The translations under genes and the position numbers were made by a program. Of a DNA stretch of 64,000 nt, positions 1 to 9,648 are shown piece after piece; positions within the stretch are counted from its first letter, which is position 1, and each line of letters starts with the position of its first letter. The stretch lies in the sequence record NZ_CP104760.1; one strand, given 5' to 3'. Under the pieces are notes generated by a model. It worked only from the letters and a program-made list of their open reading frames with translations. It was not told the DNA's origin and did not search any database. The DNA is from a plasmid.

Positions 1-1864
1 TCAAACCGGCGCGGGTGGTTACGTAAATCAGGAGGCGATCAACAGCTGGCAGGCGTCAGCGTCGGTGTCGGCCAGCCTCTACAGCCATGATGATTATAAC
101 TATCTGCAATCGAACGCCGACCTCTCCGCCACGATGCAGATCGCCGACGCCCGCTCGCCGGCGAATACCAAAATCACCGAGTGGCCGGGACGCTATCCCC
201 ATCAGTCAGAGGGAAACGACTATTCACAGATCCGCCAGCAGGAATATGGCGCGCGACAGCAGCAAATTGAAGGCGCGGGCGATGCGTTCGGCCTGGCGCC
301 AGGCTACACCTTTACGCTCTGTATGGCGCCGCGCGCCGCAGATGAAGGAAAAACCTTTCTGATTACCCGGGTCGATTACCACCTGGAAGAGAACAGCTAC
401 GCCAGTAACGATCAAGACCACAATATCCATCGCTTCGACTTCTGCGTTATTCCAGCGACGGTGGTCTGGCGTCCGGCGCGCGTCACGCCCTGGCCGCGCA
501 CCACCGGCCCGCAAACGGCGGTGGTCATCAAAGCCAGCGACGCCAGCAAAGGCGACGGCGACCATATCTCCACCGATCAGTATGGTCGCGTGCGGGTTAA
601 ATTCCGCTGGTTCAGAGCGGAAGATGAAACCCGGCTTCACTCCTGCTGGCTGCGCGTCTCAAGCGGCTGGGCCGGGAGCCAGTATGGCACGTATCAGATC
701 CCGCGCGTCGGCGAAGAGGTGGTGGTCGATTTTATTAACGGCGACCCCCACACGCCGGTGGTGACTGGGCGAGTCTATAACGATTTGCAGACCCTGCCGA
801 TTTCTGAACACCTGGTGACGGAAGCCAGCACCAGCGATATTGCCAGCGGTGACAGCGTAACGGCGGAGAGCGCCGCCGAGTGGAATTACGCTAAAAGTGG
901 CATCTGGACGCGTACGCTCGGCAGCCAGGATGTTAACGACGGCAATTTCCTCACCTTTGACGACACCGAAGGCGAACAGTCGGTCGATCTGCACGCCGCG
1001 AAGAAGCTGAATATCTCCGCCAAGGACGCGGTCAAAATCTACTCCGCCAGGGCGGGCGACGACGCGATAAAAGTCTGGTCGCCCGGCCAGGTTTACATTC
1101 AGAGCGAAGATACCTTAAACACCAGCGCGCCGACGCAGAAACACAGCATTCGCGGCAGCTACTACACCATCAGCGGCGCCAACTTCACCACTAACGGCAT
1201 CGCCTTAACCATTAATGGCGTCAACGGCACCATCAATGCCGTCAGCAGCCTGCAGGCGACGACGACGGAATTCACTGCCAAAGGCTTATCCATGGAAGTC
1301 ACCGGCGTGAAGCACGCCAAAACCTATTCTGAAATAAAAAAGAACGTCAATGAGATCAAAGAGGTCAACCGGCAACTGGTCTTCGCCTCTTTGATCTCGA
1401 TTATGAATGGCGGCGGCGGCGCGTTGCCGAATGAGAATGAGCGGACGGTGACCAGCCAGCTGGACAAGCTGAAAGCGAAAGTGAAATGGAAAGGGAAAAG
1501 CAACGAAAGCGCCGCCGGTTCGCGACCGCCTTCGCAGGCGAGTAACGCCTCGCAGGGGAGTAACGCTTCGCAGGCGAGCAATGCTTCGCAGGCAAGTAAC
1601 GCCTCACAGGCAAGCAACGCTTCGCAGGCAAGTAACGCCTCCCAGGCGAGCAATGCTTCGCAGGCAAGCAATGCCTCGCAGGCAAGTAATGCTTCCCAGG
1701 CGAGTAACGCTTCTCAGGCGAGCAATGCCTCGCAGGCAAGTAACGCCTCACAGGCGAGCAATGCTTCGCAGGCAAGCAATGCCTCGCAGGCAAGCAACGC
1801 TTCGCAGGAGAGCTTCCAGACGGCGCGCACCAGTCAATCGACACCCGGTGGAGAAGGCGCTTAG
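1..1864 (+). CDS. vgrG: T6SS spike protein VgrG (5'-truncated by window edge) with C-terminal Ser/Ala/Asn/Gln hexapeptide repeat extension
   Basis: The in-frame ORF runs from the window edge (frame 2) to the stop at 1864. The gp5-like VgrG region (…GRVRVKFRWF…QIPRVGEEVVVDFINGDP…VVTGRVYN) is followed by beta-helical repeats. The C-terminus carries about 15 copies of (S/Q)ASNAS. A DUF2169 gene follows immediately. Confidence 0.85.
   Translation, partial: QTGAGGYVNQEAINSWQASASVSASLYSHDDYNYLQSNADLSATMQIADARSPANTKITEWPGRYPHQSEGNDYSQIRQQEYGARQQQIEGAGDAFGLAPGYTFTLCMAPRAADEGKTFLITRVDYHLEENSYASNDQDHNIHRFDFCVIPATVVWRPARVTPWPRTTGPQTAVVIKASDASKGDGDHISTDQYGRVRVKFRWFRAEDETRLHSCWLRVSSGWAGSQYGTYQIPRVGEEVVVDFINGDPHTPVVTGRVYNDLQTLPISEHLVTEASTSDIASGDSVTAESAAEWNYAKSGIWTRTLGSQDVNDGNFLTFDDTEGEQSVDLHAAKKLNISAKDAVKIYSARAGDDAIKVWSPGQVYIQSEDTLNTSAPTQKHSIRGSYYTISGANFTTNGIALTINGVNGTINAVSSLQATTTEFTAKGLSMEVTGVKHAKTYSEIKKNVNEIKEVNRQLVFASLISIMNGGGGALPNENERTVTSQLDKLKAKVKWKGKSNESAAGSRPPSQASNASQGSNASQASNASQASNASQASNASQASNASQASNASQASNASQASNASQASNASQASNASQASNASQASNASQASNASQASNASQESFQTARTSQSTPGGEGA
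1532..1806 (+). repeat. In-frame tandem repeat of an 18-bp unit (consensus tcgcaggcgagtaacgcc, about 15 imperfect copies) encoding (SQASNA)n at the VgrG C-terminus
   Basis: Direct reading shows the unit repeated with synonymous third-position variation (agt/agc, aac/aat, gcc/gct). It generates spurious ORFs on the other frames and strand. Confidence 0.9.
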
Positions 1865-1872
1865 CCGCTGTT

Positions 1873-4353
1873 ATGAAAATCATTAAACCACGCCACCTGG
1901 GCTTGTTACCGCGCCCCTTCCGTTGGCAGCGCCAGCACTATCTCGGCGTCGCCGTTATGGCGATGATAAATATGGATGCGCTGCCGCGCCTGCTGACCGA
2001 GCAGGCGCTATGGAATCTGCTGCCAGAGGCGCTGCAGTCGCCCGATGGCGTGCTCGATCACGGCCTGCCTAAACCGCACCCGGAGTTTCTCGCCAGCGGC
2101 TTTGCCTTTCCGCCCGGCGGCGCGGCATCGCACTGTATCGCCCGCATCCAGGTAGCCGATCGGGAAAAAACGCTGCACGTTTACGGCGATCGCCAGCGGC
2201 GGGAGGATGGCCTCAGCGCACCGCAGCCTTTTACGCAGATGCCGCTCGACTGGCAACATGCGTTGGGCGACGCAGGCGACAGCGAAAATCCGCTGGGCAA
2301 GGCGATACCCAACGTCGAGGCGGCCGCGCCGCTGCTGATCCAGCCCGGCGCGGGCGCGCTTCCTGCCAGCTTTAACGCGGTGCCGTTAAGCGCGCCGCGT
2401 CGCCTGCGCCACGTTGGCAGCGCCTTTGACGAGGCCTGGCTGGCGCATGACTATCCTGGCTTCGCCCGCGATGCCGACCGACGCCTGTTTAACCAGGGCG
2501 ATGCGGATCAGCGCTGGGACGATCGCGACGCCCTGCCCGCTGGCGCCGCCTGGCGCATTGAAAACATGCATCCAGATAAATCGCTGCTTGAGGGATGCCT
2601 GCCGCCGTGGCAGGCACGCTGTTTCGTGGTGCGTCAGCATACCCACGGCGAGATGTTTGAAGCGATCCCGCTGCGCGCCACGACGCTGCACTTTTTCCCT
2701 CATCTGGAGCGCATTGTGATGATCTGGCATGGCGAGCTGGCGATCCGTGAAGATGACGCTGCAGACGTGCTCACCACGGTCGCAGCGCTCGAGTCGATCC
2801 ACCAGCCGCGCACGCCCGAAGCCTATGAAGAGATCACGCGGCAACGCAGCGACCCCGAACGCTCGGTGCTGCTTGCGTTACGCGACGGCGAGTTGCTGCC
2901 CCCAGGCAGCGCCATTACGGATGACGAGCCTGAACCGCCTCCCGGCCCGACAGATCGCAACCTTGCGCGCTGGGAAACGGCGCAGCGCCAGCAGCTGCGG
3001 CATGCGCACAGCGACAGCGGGATGGATATAGATGCGCTGGCGCCCACCCGACCGCGCGCTCCGACGGTGCCGCTGGAGGATCTGCATGATTATATCGACG
3101 CGCAGGATCGCGCCGCGCAGCAGCAGCTGGCGCAGATGATAACGCGCTATCAGCAGGAAGCGGCGCTGGCTCCGCCCGCCGCCAGACCGGCCGCCGCGAT
3201 AGAGACCTATCGCAGCCAGCGCGCCGCGTTTGACGAGAACGCGCAGCAGCAGCCGATGGATGACCGTCAGCGTACGTTCAGCTCTCAGGCGCTGCGTGAC
3301 AGCTACCGCTTTAATGCTCATCAGCTGAGCGCGCCCGAGCGCCTGACGCCCGCGCAGTCGGCGCAGTTGCGTCAGGCGGTGCTGACGCGCGATGGCGACT
3401 GCCGCGAGATGGATCTCACCGGCGCGGATCTGTCAGGGCTTGACCTGCGCGACACCGACTTCAGCGGCGCGCTGCTGGAGAATGTCGATTTCAGCCACTG
3501 CCAGCTCGACGGCAGCCTGTTCAGCAATGCCGTGCTGACGCGCGCAGAACTGCATCGCTGCTCAGCCCGCGCCTGCGCCTTCGATAATGCCAGCCTGGCT
3601 CTGGCCCAGTGCTGTTACGCCGACTTTAGCGATTCAGTCTTCAGCGAGACGGAGTGCCGGGATCTGATGCTGGAACAGTGCGTTTTCGATCGCGCCACCC
3701 TCAGTGACGTAATGCTGACACAGGCGAGCCTGGCGCACTGCCGCTTTCATCATGCGCAGATCGTCAATGCCCATTTCAGCGAGCTGACGCTGCAGGCGCT
3801 CGACTTCAGTCACGCCACGCTGCGCAAAGTCTATTTCGTCGAGTGCCATCTGCTGGCGCTCAGTTTCGAACAGGCGCGCCTGACGGCGGTGGGCTTCGTC
3901 GACTGTCAGGCGCCAGAAATCTGTTTTCATCAGGCGCAGCTGCATACTTCGCTGTTTGTCACCGATACGGCCCTGATCCGCGCCGACTTCAGCGGCGCCA
4001 CGCTGACGCAGTGCAATCTGCGGGAGACGCGGCTGGCGCAGGCGAACTTTTCTCACGCCATGCTGATCAACAGCGACCTCAGCGGCGCGGACTGTACGCA
4101 GGCGGATATGCGGCGGATGCAGGCCAGGGAGTGCCAGTTTACCCGTGCGGATTTGACGCGGGCGACGCTGGCGGAGAGCGACCTGATCGGCGCCTCCTTC
4201 TCAAAATCTCAGCTGCAGGGATGTGATTTCAGCGGCTGCAACCTGTTCCGCGCCGACCTCTCGCTTAGCGTGCGCGATGCGACGACGCGCTTCGAAGAGG
4301 CCTGGCTTAACGGCATGAAAACCGCGCCGCAGCGCGACGAGGAGCATTCGTGA
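1873..4353 (+). CDS. DUF2169-domain protein with C-terminal pentapeptide-repeat region (VgrG-associated adaptor-like)
   Basis: The N-terminal region is typical of DUF2169 proteins found directly downstream of vgrG. The C-terminal third consists of A(D/N)LSGxxLxx pentapeptide repeats. Confidence 0.75.
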   Translation: MKIIKPRHLGLLPRPFRWQRQHYLGVAVMAMINMDALPRLLTEQALWNLLPEALQSPDGVLDHGLPKPHPEFLASGFAFPPGGAASHCIARIQVADREKTLHVYGDRQRREDGLSAPQPFTQMPLDWQHALGDAGDSENPLGKAIPNVEAAAPLLIQPGAGALPASFNAVPLSAPRRLRHVGSAFDEAWLAHDYPGFARDADRRLFNQGDADQRWDDRDALPAGAAWRIENMHPDKSLLEGCLPPWQARCFVVRQHTHGEMFEAIPLRATTLHFFPHLERIVMIWHGELAIREDDAADVLTTVAALESIHQPRTPEAYEEITRQRSDPERSVLLALRDGELLPPGSAITDDEPEPPPGPTDRNLARWETAQRQQLRHAHSDSGMDIDALAPTRPRAPTVPLEDLHDYIDAQDRAAQQQLAQMITRYQQEAALAPPAARPAAAIETYRSQRAAFDENAQQQPMDDRQRTFSSQALRDSYRFNAHQLSAPERLTPAQSAQLRQAVLTRDGDCREMDLTGADLSGLDLRDTDFSGALLENVDFSHCQLDGSLFSNAVLTRAELHRCSARACAFDNASLALAQCCYADFSDSVFSETECRDLMLEQCVFDRATLSDVMLTQASLAHCRFHHAQIVNAHFSELTLQALDFSHATLRKVYFVECHLLALSFEQARLTAVGFVDCQAPEICFHQAQLHTSLFVTDTALIRADFSGATLTQCNLRETRLAQANFSHAMLINSDLSGADCTQADMRRMQARECQFTRADLTRATLAESDLIGASFSKSQLQGCDFSGCNLFRADLSLSVRDATTRFEEAWLNGMKTAPQRDEEHS

Positions 4354-5408
4354 ACGGGATGACGGCTGAGGCGGTCGAGCGCGCCATCCAGCACGGCGAG
4401 ATGATCTATCAGGTCGGGCTGCAGGGCCTGGACTTCAGCGGACGCGATCTCTCCGGCGGCTCTTTTATCGAGGTCGACTTAACCGGCGCACGCCTGACAG
4501 ACTGCAATCTGCATGAGACGCGCTTCAGCGACTGCTGCCTGCGCGGCAGCGATTTTTCAGGCAACAGGCTAGAGGAGACGCTGTTCAACCAGTGCGTTAT
4601 GACCGGCGCGCGCTTCAGCGATTGCGGCCTCTACCAGTGTCTGTTCAGCCAGTGTCAGCTTGAAGAAAGTCAGTTCGACGCCAGCGCGCAGATCGGCACG
4701 CAGTTCCTGGGCGGCTCGCTTAGCGACAGCGATTTTCAGCACGCCGCGCTGCAAGGATGCGGCTTCAGCGATCTGGGACATTTAACGCTCCAGCTTGCCG
4801 GGTGCTGGTGCGAGCAGGGTTCCTTTATGAACGCCGACCTGCGTCAGGCGGACTTTAGCGCGGCGCGCTTCTCGCTCACGACCTTTTTCGCCTGCGACCT
4901 GCGGCTGCAAACGCTGGACGGCGTGGCGTTTAACCAGTGCCAGTTTACGCAAAGCCAGCTGGACGGCGCCAGCTTCCACCAGGCGATCCTGAGCCAGTGC
5001 GGTCTCAGCGGTCTGTCGCTACGCCAGGCCAGGCTGACGCAGGTGCAGGCGCAGCAAACGCTGTTTAACGCCGCCGATATGACCGGCTGTGACTGCCGCG
5101 ACGCGCAGTTTGCTCAGGCCAACTTTGCCGACGCGATTCTGACCGGCTGCGATTTCAGCCGCAGCGATCTACAGCGCGCCGTGCTGGCGCGCAGCCGTGC
5201 CGTTCAGACGCGCTTCGACGGCTGCGATATGACCTGGGCGGACTGCACCAGGGCGCAAATGGATGAGGCGCAGTTTAACGACGCGCAGTTCGGGCACACC
5301 CGCTTCCACCGCGCCAGCACGCACCAGAGCGAATTCACCTCGCGCAGCGGTATTATTGAACGGGATGAAGCGCTGTTTGCAGCAGAGGAGTGGAGCCGCC
5401 AGCGTTAA
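4350..5408 (+). CDS. Pentapeptide-repeat protein (T6SS/VgrG-associated)
   Basis: 352 aa made almost entirely of pentapeptide repeats (…DLSGGSFIEVDLTGARLTDCNLHETRFSDCCLRGSDFSG…). GTG start with GAGGAG SD 5 nt upstream; overlaps the previous stop. Confidence 0.75.
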   Translation: MNGMTAEAVERAIQHGEMIYQVGLQGLDFSGRDLSGGSFIEVDLTGARLTDCNLHETRFSDCCLRGSDFSGNRLEETLFNQCVMTGARFSDCGLYQCLFSQCQLEESQFDASAQIGTQFLGGSLSDSDFQHAALQGCGFSDLGHLTLQLAGCWCEQGSFMNADLRQADFSAARFSLTTFFACDLRLQTLDGVAFNQCQFTQSQLDGASFHQAILSQCGLSGLSLRQARLTQVQAQQTLFNAADMTGCDCRDAQFAQANFADAILTGCDFSRSDLQRAVLARSRAVQTRFDGCDMTWADCTRAQMDEAQFNDAQFGHTRFHRASTHQSEFTSRSGIIERDEALFAAEEWSRQR

Positions 5409-5479
5409 ATTATTTCGCCGCGTGCGACGGCGATTATAAAAAATTTATTATGCCATATTTATTATTGACGATTGACGCT

Positions 5480-5508
5480 GCGGCCTTAAAGAGGCCGCTT
5501 TTGCTTTT
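5480..5508 (+). terminator. Rho-independent terminator after the pentapeptide-repeat gene
   Basis: Stem GCGGCCT / AGGCCGC with loop TAAAG, followed by TTTTGCTTTT. Confidence 0.6.
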
Positions 5509-6241
5509 GTGTGAATTAAATATTTATGACAGAAGGCTGAGAAGATCCGTTAGTCAGTGACGGAGATAATTAACCTGTGAAATGATATTCACTGTTTTCC
5601 TTTGCTGGCCTTATATTATTCGGACTAAATGGCTGTGTATTGCTGAAAATTAACGCCTGTTTCAAACGGGTGTCATAAAGGCTGCGCTAACCAGATATTT
5701 ACTATGCTGTTTCAGTATCGGATATCTTTCAATATATCATTGATTTTTATAGCTTTGATTTTATTTAATTCAGATTTAAATTTAATTATGACATTTACAT
5801 TAAGTTTATATGAATATTTTCCCGGGCTATTTATTAAGAGTATTCCCATCTTCACAGGTGCCAGCGAATAATGTAAATATGTTCCCCGGTTAGTGTATTT
5901 ATTGAGTAAATTATTTCGCATCATGAACGCTGCGTATGCGCCACGCCTCTATTTATTCTGGCGGAGCTGTTTGCGTCTTTTTACTGGCGGCAAAAAATCA
6001 AAATATATTACCTGAGGGTTATTGTTTCTTCTATGCGCCTCTTTTTAACGTGCAGTTTATTCGCCCCGACAGGCTTTGCAGCAGAAAGAATCGCCTTTAT
6101 TTGCCGTCAGTCTCTGAAAAAAGCGGCTAATCACGCTGTTATCGATGCGCGTGGAAATAACCGCGTCGGCGCAGGAAAAACCGTTACGCCGCGCCTCCCC
6201 TGTTTCGTGCCATTCCCTTTCGTCGATTGTGAGAGTTCGCT

Positions 6242-6850
6242 ATGAGCAAAAAAGAGAACACCCTCTCCATGCCGCTGCGGTTGCCTGCGCAGGCGGAGGG
6301 CGTAGTGGTCGCCCCGCTGTCCGAAAACAGCGTCGAGGTGGAGCTGCAGGGACGTCGCTGGCGCACGCAGCGCGCCGCCAGCTGCCTGCTGACGCCGGAG
6401 CCGGGAGACCGGGTGCTGCTGGCCAACCTTAACCATCAACTCTGGCTGCTGGCGGTGCTGGAGCGGGCGCAGCCCGAACAGACGGCGCAGCTCGGCTGCG
6501 GCAGCGATCTGCATCTCGCCTGCGGCGGCGCGCTCACGCTTAGCAGCCAGCAGTTCAGCCTGAAAGCCGCGCAGGGCGAGTGCGATATCGACAGCCTGCG
6601 CTATCGCGGCCAGTCGGTTTCCGCCTGGATCAGCGTCGGCCGCTTCTTCGGCAAACAGTGTGAAAGCGTCTGGGAGAGCCTCAGCCAGTTTAGCCAGCGG
6701 CTGCTGCGCAAAACCGCACAGTGCGAACAGGTTCGTGCAGGCCAGCTTGACGTCAAAACCGAAGAGTTCACCCGACTCCATTCGCGCAACACCCTGATCA
6801 GCAGCACGTCGCTGACCAAGGTCGACGCCAAACAGATTCACATGGGCTAA
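6242..6850 (+). CDS. DUF3540-domain protein (T6SS-associated)
   Basis: 202 aa. Sequence and neighbourhood (after vgrG-DUF2169-PRP, before a DUF4150 PAAR-like gene) match the conserved vgrG-linked module. Confidence 0.65.
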   Translation: MSKKENTLSMPLRLPAQAEGVVVAPLSENSVEVELQGRRWRTQRAASCLLTPEPGDRVLLANLNHQLWLLAVLERAQPEQTAQLGCGSDLHLACGGALTLSSQQFSLKAAQGECDIDSLRYRGQSVSAWISVGRFFGKQCESVWESLSQFSQRLLRKTAQCEQVRAGQLDVKTEEFTRLHSRNTLISSTSLTKVDAKQIHMG

Positions 6851-6863
6851 GGGAGAAGCGGAT

Positions 6864-7244
6864 ATGTTTGCCAATTGCCAACGCGGCGGCTGCGACCAGG
6901 CGGTCAGCGACGTCTGCAAAGCGCCTGCGCCGACGACCTTCGTCAATATCGCCAGCGGCAGCCTGGCGGTGCCTACGGCGCCGACCATCCTCTTCGCCGG
7001 CATGCCGGCCCATAACATGACCACGCTGATCCCCGTCAGTCAGGGAGATGAAGCGGGCGTGCTCGGCGGGGTGATCTCGAACGTGATCCTTGGCCCTTCG
7101 CGCCACCTGACCGGCTGCTCCACCTTACTGCTGCAGGGATCGCCCGCGACACGCATGGGCAGCACTACCCTGCAGAACCTGAACAACGCGCCAGGCGTCC
7201 GTCTGACGCCCAGCCAGACCACTATCGAACTGCTGGCGCGATAA
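6864..7244 (+). CDS. DUF4150 (PAAR-like) domain protein, no toxin extension
   Basis: 126 aa with the PAAR-like pattern (GSLAVPTAPTILFAGMPAHNMTTLIPVSQGD…) and position in the vgrG module. Confidence 0.65.
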   Translation: MFANCQRGGCDQAVSDVCKAPAPTTFVNIASGSLAVPTAPTILFAGMPAHNMTTLIPVSQGDEAGVLGGVISNVILGPSRHLTGCSTLLLQGSPATRMGSTTLQNLNNAPGVRLTPSQTTIELLAR

Positions 7245-7250
7245 CACTCT

Positions 7251-7754
7251 ATGGAAGCTCGGTTACCCCTTATGAAAAAGATGATATCTGGCGTGGTGAT
7301 TGCGTTAGCGCTCAGCGGCTGTAACGCGCCGCCGGTGAAATCTCAGGAGAAGCTGGAAACCAGCGTAGTGGACGGAACGACCCTGGTGCATCGCCACGAG
7401 ATCGGCGCGCCGAAAACCTTCACGCCGGTTTATCAGGCCTATCGCGCGCTCTATGCGGCGTCGGTGATGAGCACGCCGGGCTTCCAGGGAAAACGGGTCG
7501 GGACGCTTAAAAACGGCGAGCTTTACCAGGTACTGGGTCGGGTAGAAAACAACTGGCTGGCGATCTCCGACAGCCCGGAGCTGCAGCTGACCGGCTACGT
7601 CGAGTTTAAGGCGGGCGTGCCCTCAGCGCGCTATGACGCCACCGTAACCGGCGCGCCACCCGTATCGCGGCGCCCCGCCCGGCAGTGCATCGGCGTCGGC
7701 AACGGCGACAGCGCCTGCCGTAAAGGCCGTTCCGCCACCTGGATCATTCAATAG
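7251..7754 (+). CDS. Lipoprotein with SH3b-like domain (T6SS-linked, function unknown; start may be 7272)
   Basis: Signal peptide plus lipobox (IALALSGC). SH3-like stretch (GELYQVLGRVENNWLAI). Lies between the PAAR-like gene and tssJ. Confidence 0.6.
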   Translation: MEARLPLMKKMISGVVIALALSGCNAPPVKSQEKLETSVVDGTTLVHRHEIGAPKTFTPVYQAYRALYAASVMSTPGFQGKRVGTLKNGELYQVLGRVENNWLAISDSPELQLTGYVEFKAGVPSARYDATVTGAPPVSRRPARQCIGVGNGDSACRKGRSATWIIQ

Positions 7755-7763
7755 GAGCGCCTT

Positions 7764-8270
7764 ATGACCATGCGTTTTGCAGCGCTGCTTGCGCTGACCT
7801 GTGCGGGCGCGCTCGGCGGTTGCGCCTCCTCTCCCGCCGCGCCTGACGCGCCGGCGAAAGTGAACATCGCTTTTAGCTACCGTCCCGACGCCAACGGCGG
7901 CGCACCGCTCAAAATACGGCTCTTTATGCTGCGCGCATCGTCCGATTTCGCCTCGGCGGACTTTTACTCGCTGCAAAACCGCGCGTCGTCGCTGCTGGGC
8001 GAGAACCTGCTCGACAGCAACGTCTTCTTTCTGACGCGGCAGACGCCGCGCAGCGTCACGGCCAGCGTGCCGCCCGTCGGCACGCGCTATGTCGGCATCA
8101 TGGCGGAGTACCAGACCATCGACCGCAAAGTCTGGCGAAAACTGCTGACGCTGCCTGCGGCGCGGCCCCGCCCTTTTTATCGCGTCTGGCAGAGCGACGA
8201 AAACGAGCTGAAGGTCAGCGTCGTGGCGGGCAAAGAGGGACTGACGCTCAGTCAGAGCAGCAATGATTAA
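7764..8270 (+). CDS. tssJ: T6SS outer-membrane lipoprotein TssJ
   Basis: 168 aa, lipobox LGGC, TssJ/SciN-like sequence; AGGAG SD; immediately upstream of tssK. Confidence 0.85.
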   Translation: MTMRFAALLALTCAGALGGCASSPAAPDAPAKVNIAFSYRPDANGGAPLKIRLFMLRASSDFASADFYSLQNRASSLLGENLLDSNVFFLTRQTPRSVTASVPPVGTRYVGIMAEYQTIDRKVWRKLLTLPAARPRPFYRVWQSDENELKVSVVAGKEGLTLSQSSND

Positions 8271-8291
8271 CCAGAACGGCAGGAAGGCGAA

Positions 8292-9632
8292 ATGAACAGA
8301 GCGGATAAGGTGATCTGGACGGAAGGGATGTTTTTGCGCCCCCACCATTTTCAACAGGCGGAACGCTGGCTGGAAGGCTACAGCCGCAGCTGGGGGAAAC
8401 TGCAGTGTCCCTATCACTGGGGGTTTATGACGCTGAGCTTCGACCCGTCGCTGCTGCGCCAGGGAAAGCTGGCTATCGCCGAGGCGAGCGGCATGATGCC
8501 GGACGGCACTCCTTTTATCATCAGCGATGCGGAGAACGGCCCTGCGCCACTGGAGATTGGCGATAACCAGAGCGATATCCGGGTGGTGCTGGCGCTGCCG
8601 GAGCAACGCGACGGCCGCACCGAAGTGATCTTCGAGGCGTCGTCGGACTCGCTGGCGCGCTACGGCGCACGCGAAAGCGAAGTCGCCGATCTCAACAGCG
8701 CCGCCGTCGGCCGCGCCGCGGTGCAGTTCGGCACGCTGCGCCTGCGCCTGATGGCGGCCAGCGATCTCAACGCCGAATGGACCGCGCTCGGCGTCGCGCA
8801 CGTCAAAGGCAAAGATGCATCGCGCCACCTTCAGCTCGACAGCAGCTATATTCCGCCGCTGCTCAACGGCCACAGCTCGCCGGCGGTCGCCGCCTTTATC
8901 AACGATCTCGACGGCATTCTCAGCCAGCGCAGCGAACAGATGGCGCAACGCTTGCAGCAGGCCGGGCGCGGCGGCAACGCCGAAATGATCGATTTTATGC
9001 TGCTGGCGCTGATTAACCGCCATATCGGCCAGCTCAGCCACGCGCGCCGCCTGCCGCAGCTCCATCCAGAGCAGCTCTTTAGCGACTGGCTGCAGTTCGC
9101 CGCCGAGCTGGCGACCTGGTCGCCGACGCGCCGCCCGGAGGAGTTCCCGCGGTATGACCACGATAACCTCCAGCTCAGCTTTAGCCGCCTGATGTTGCAT
9201 CTGCGCCAGCGTCTGTCGCTGGTGATGGAGGAGAGCGCGCTGCAGCTGACGCTCACCGAGCGCTCACATGGACTCTATGTGGCGACGGTCTCCGACGCCA
9301 GCCTGCTGCGCGACTACGGCTTTGTGCTGGCGGTACGCGCCGATATGCCGAGCGAAACCCTGCTGACCCACTTCCCGGCGCAGATGAAGATCGCCCCGGT
9401 AAGCCGCATCCGCGATCTGGTGCAGCTTCAGCTGCCGGGCATTGCCCTGCGCGCCATGCCCGCCGCGCCGCGTCAGATCCCCTGGCACGCTGGCTACACC
9501 TATTTCGCGCTGGAACAGGGCGGCGATCTCTGGGCGCAGATGACGAAATCGGAAGCCTTCGCGCTTCACCTGGCGGGCGAATTCCCCGGCCTGAATTTGC
9601 AACTCTGGGCGCTGCGCAATGCGCACGACTGA
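8292..9632 (+). CDS. tssK: T6SS baseplate protein TssK
   Basis: 446 aa; N-terminal MNRADKVIWTEGMFLRPHHFQQ is a TssK signature. Confidence 0.9.
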   Translation: MNRADKVIWTEGMFLRPHHFQQAERWLEGYSRSWGKLQCPYHWGFMTLSFDPSLLRQGKLAIAEASGMMPDGTPFIISDAENGPAPLEIGDNQSDIRVVLALPEQRDGRTEVIFEASSDSLARYGARESEVADLNSAAVGRAAVQFGTLRLRLMAASDLNAEWTALGVAHVKGKDASRHLQLDSSYIPPLLNGHSSPAVAAFINDLDGILSQRSEQMAQRLQQAGRGGNAEMIDFMLLALINRHIGQLSHARRLPQLHPEQLFSDWLQFAAELATWSPTRRPEEFPRYDHDNLQLSFSRLMLHLRQRLSLVMEESALQLTLTERSHGLYVATVSDASLLRDYGFVLAVRADMPSETLLTHFPAQMKIAPVSRIRDLVQLQLPGIALRAMPAAPRQIPWHAGYTYFALEQGGDLWAQMTKSEAFALHLAGEFPGLNLQLWALRNAHD

Positions 9633-9648
9633 AGGAGGAACGGGACCC

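Noticed and set aside
1532-1806. Possibility that the 18-bp tandem repeat is a CRISPR array
   Set aside because: There are no spacers. Units are contiguous and in-frame within vgrG, with synonymous variation only. There are no cas genes.
1324-1886. ORFs 1324-1671(-), 1401-1883(-), 1581-1886(+) with repetitive translations (LLACEALLA…, RHCLPAKHCSP…)
   Set aside because: They are alternative-frame or opposite-strand readings of the 18-bp VgrG tandem repeat.
5712-6245. Small ORFs in the AT-rich gap (5712-5924(-), 5936-6130(+), 6033-6245(+))
   Set aside because: No SD; Ile/Asn/Lys low-complexity or Arg-rich frames; mutually overlapping. Treated as non-coding.
7623-9200. Long antisense ORFs (525 aa and similar), e.g. 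9658-10716(-), 11013-12371(-), 15234-16241(-), 18828-20588(-), 27713-29233(-), 47565-48899(-), 49113-50108(-), 50060-51064(-), 60050-61006(-), 6131-7024(-)
   Set aside because: They lie opposite well-supported genes (T6SS core, mal genes). Translations are Arg/Ala/Gly-rich low-complexity, as expected from stop-codon depletion in >60% GC DNA. No SD or domain signatures.
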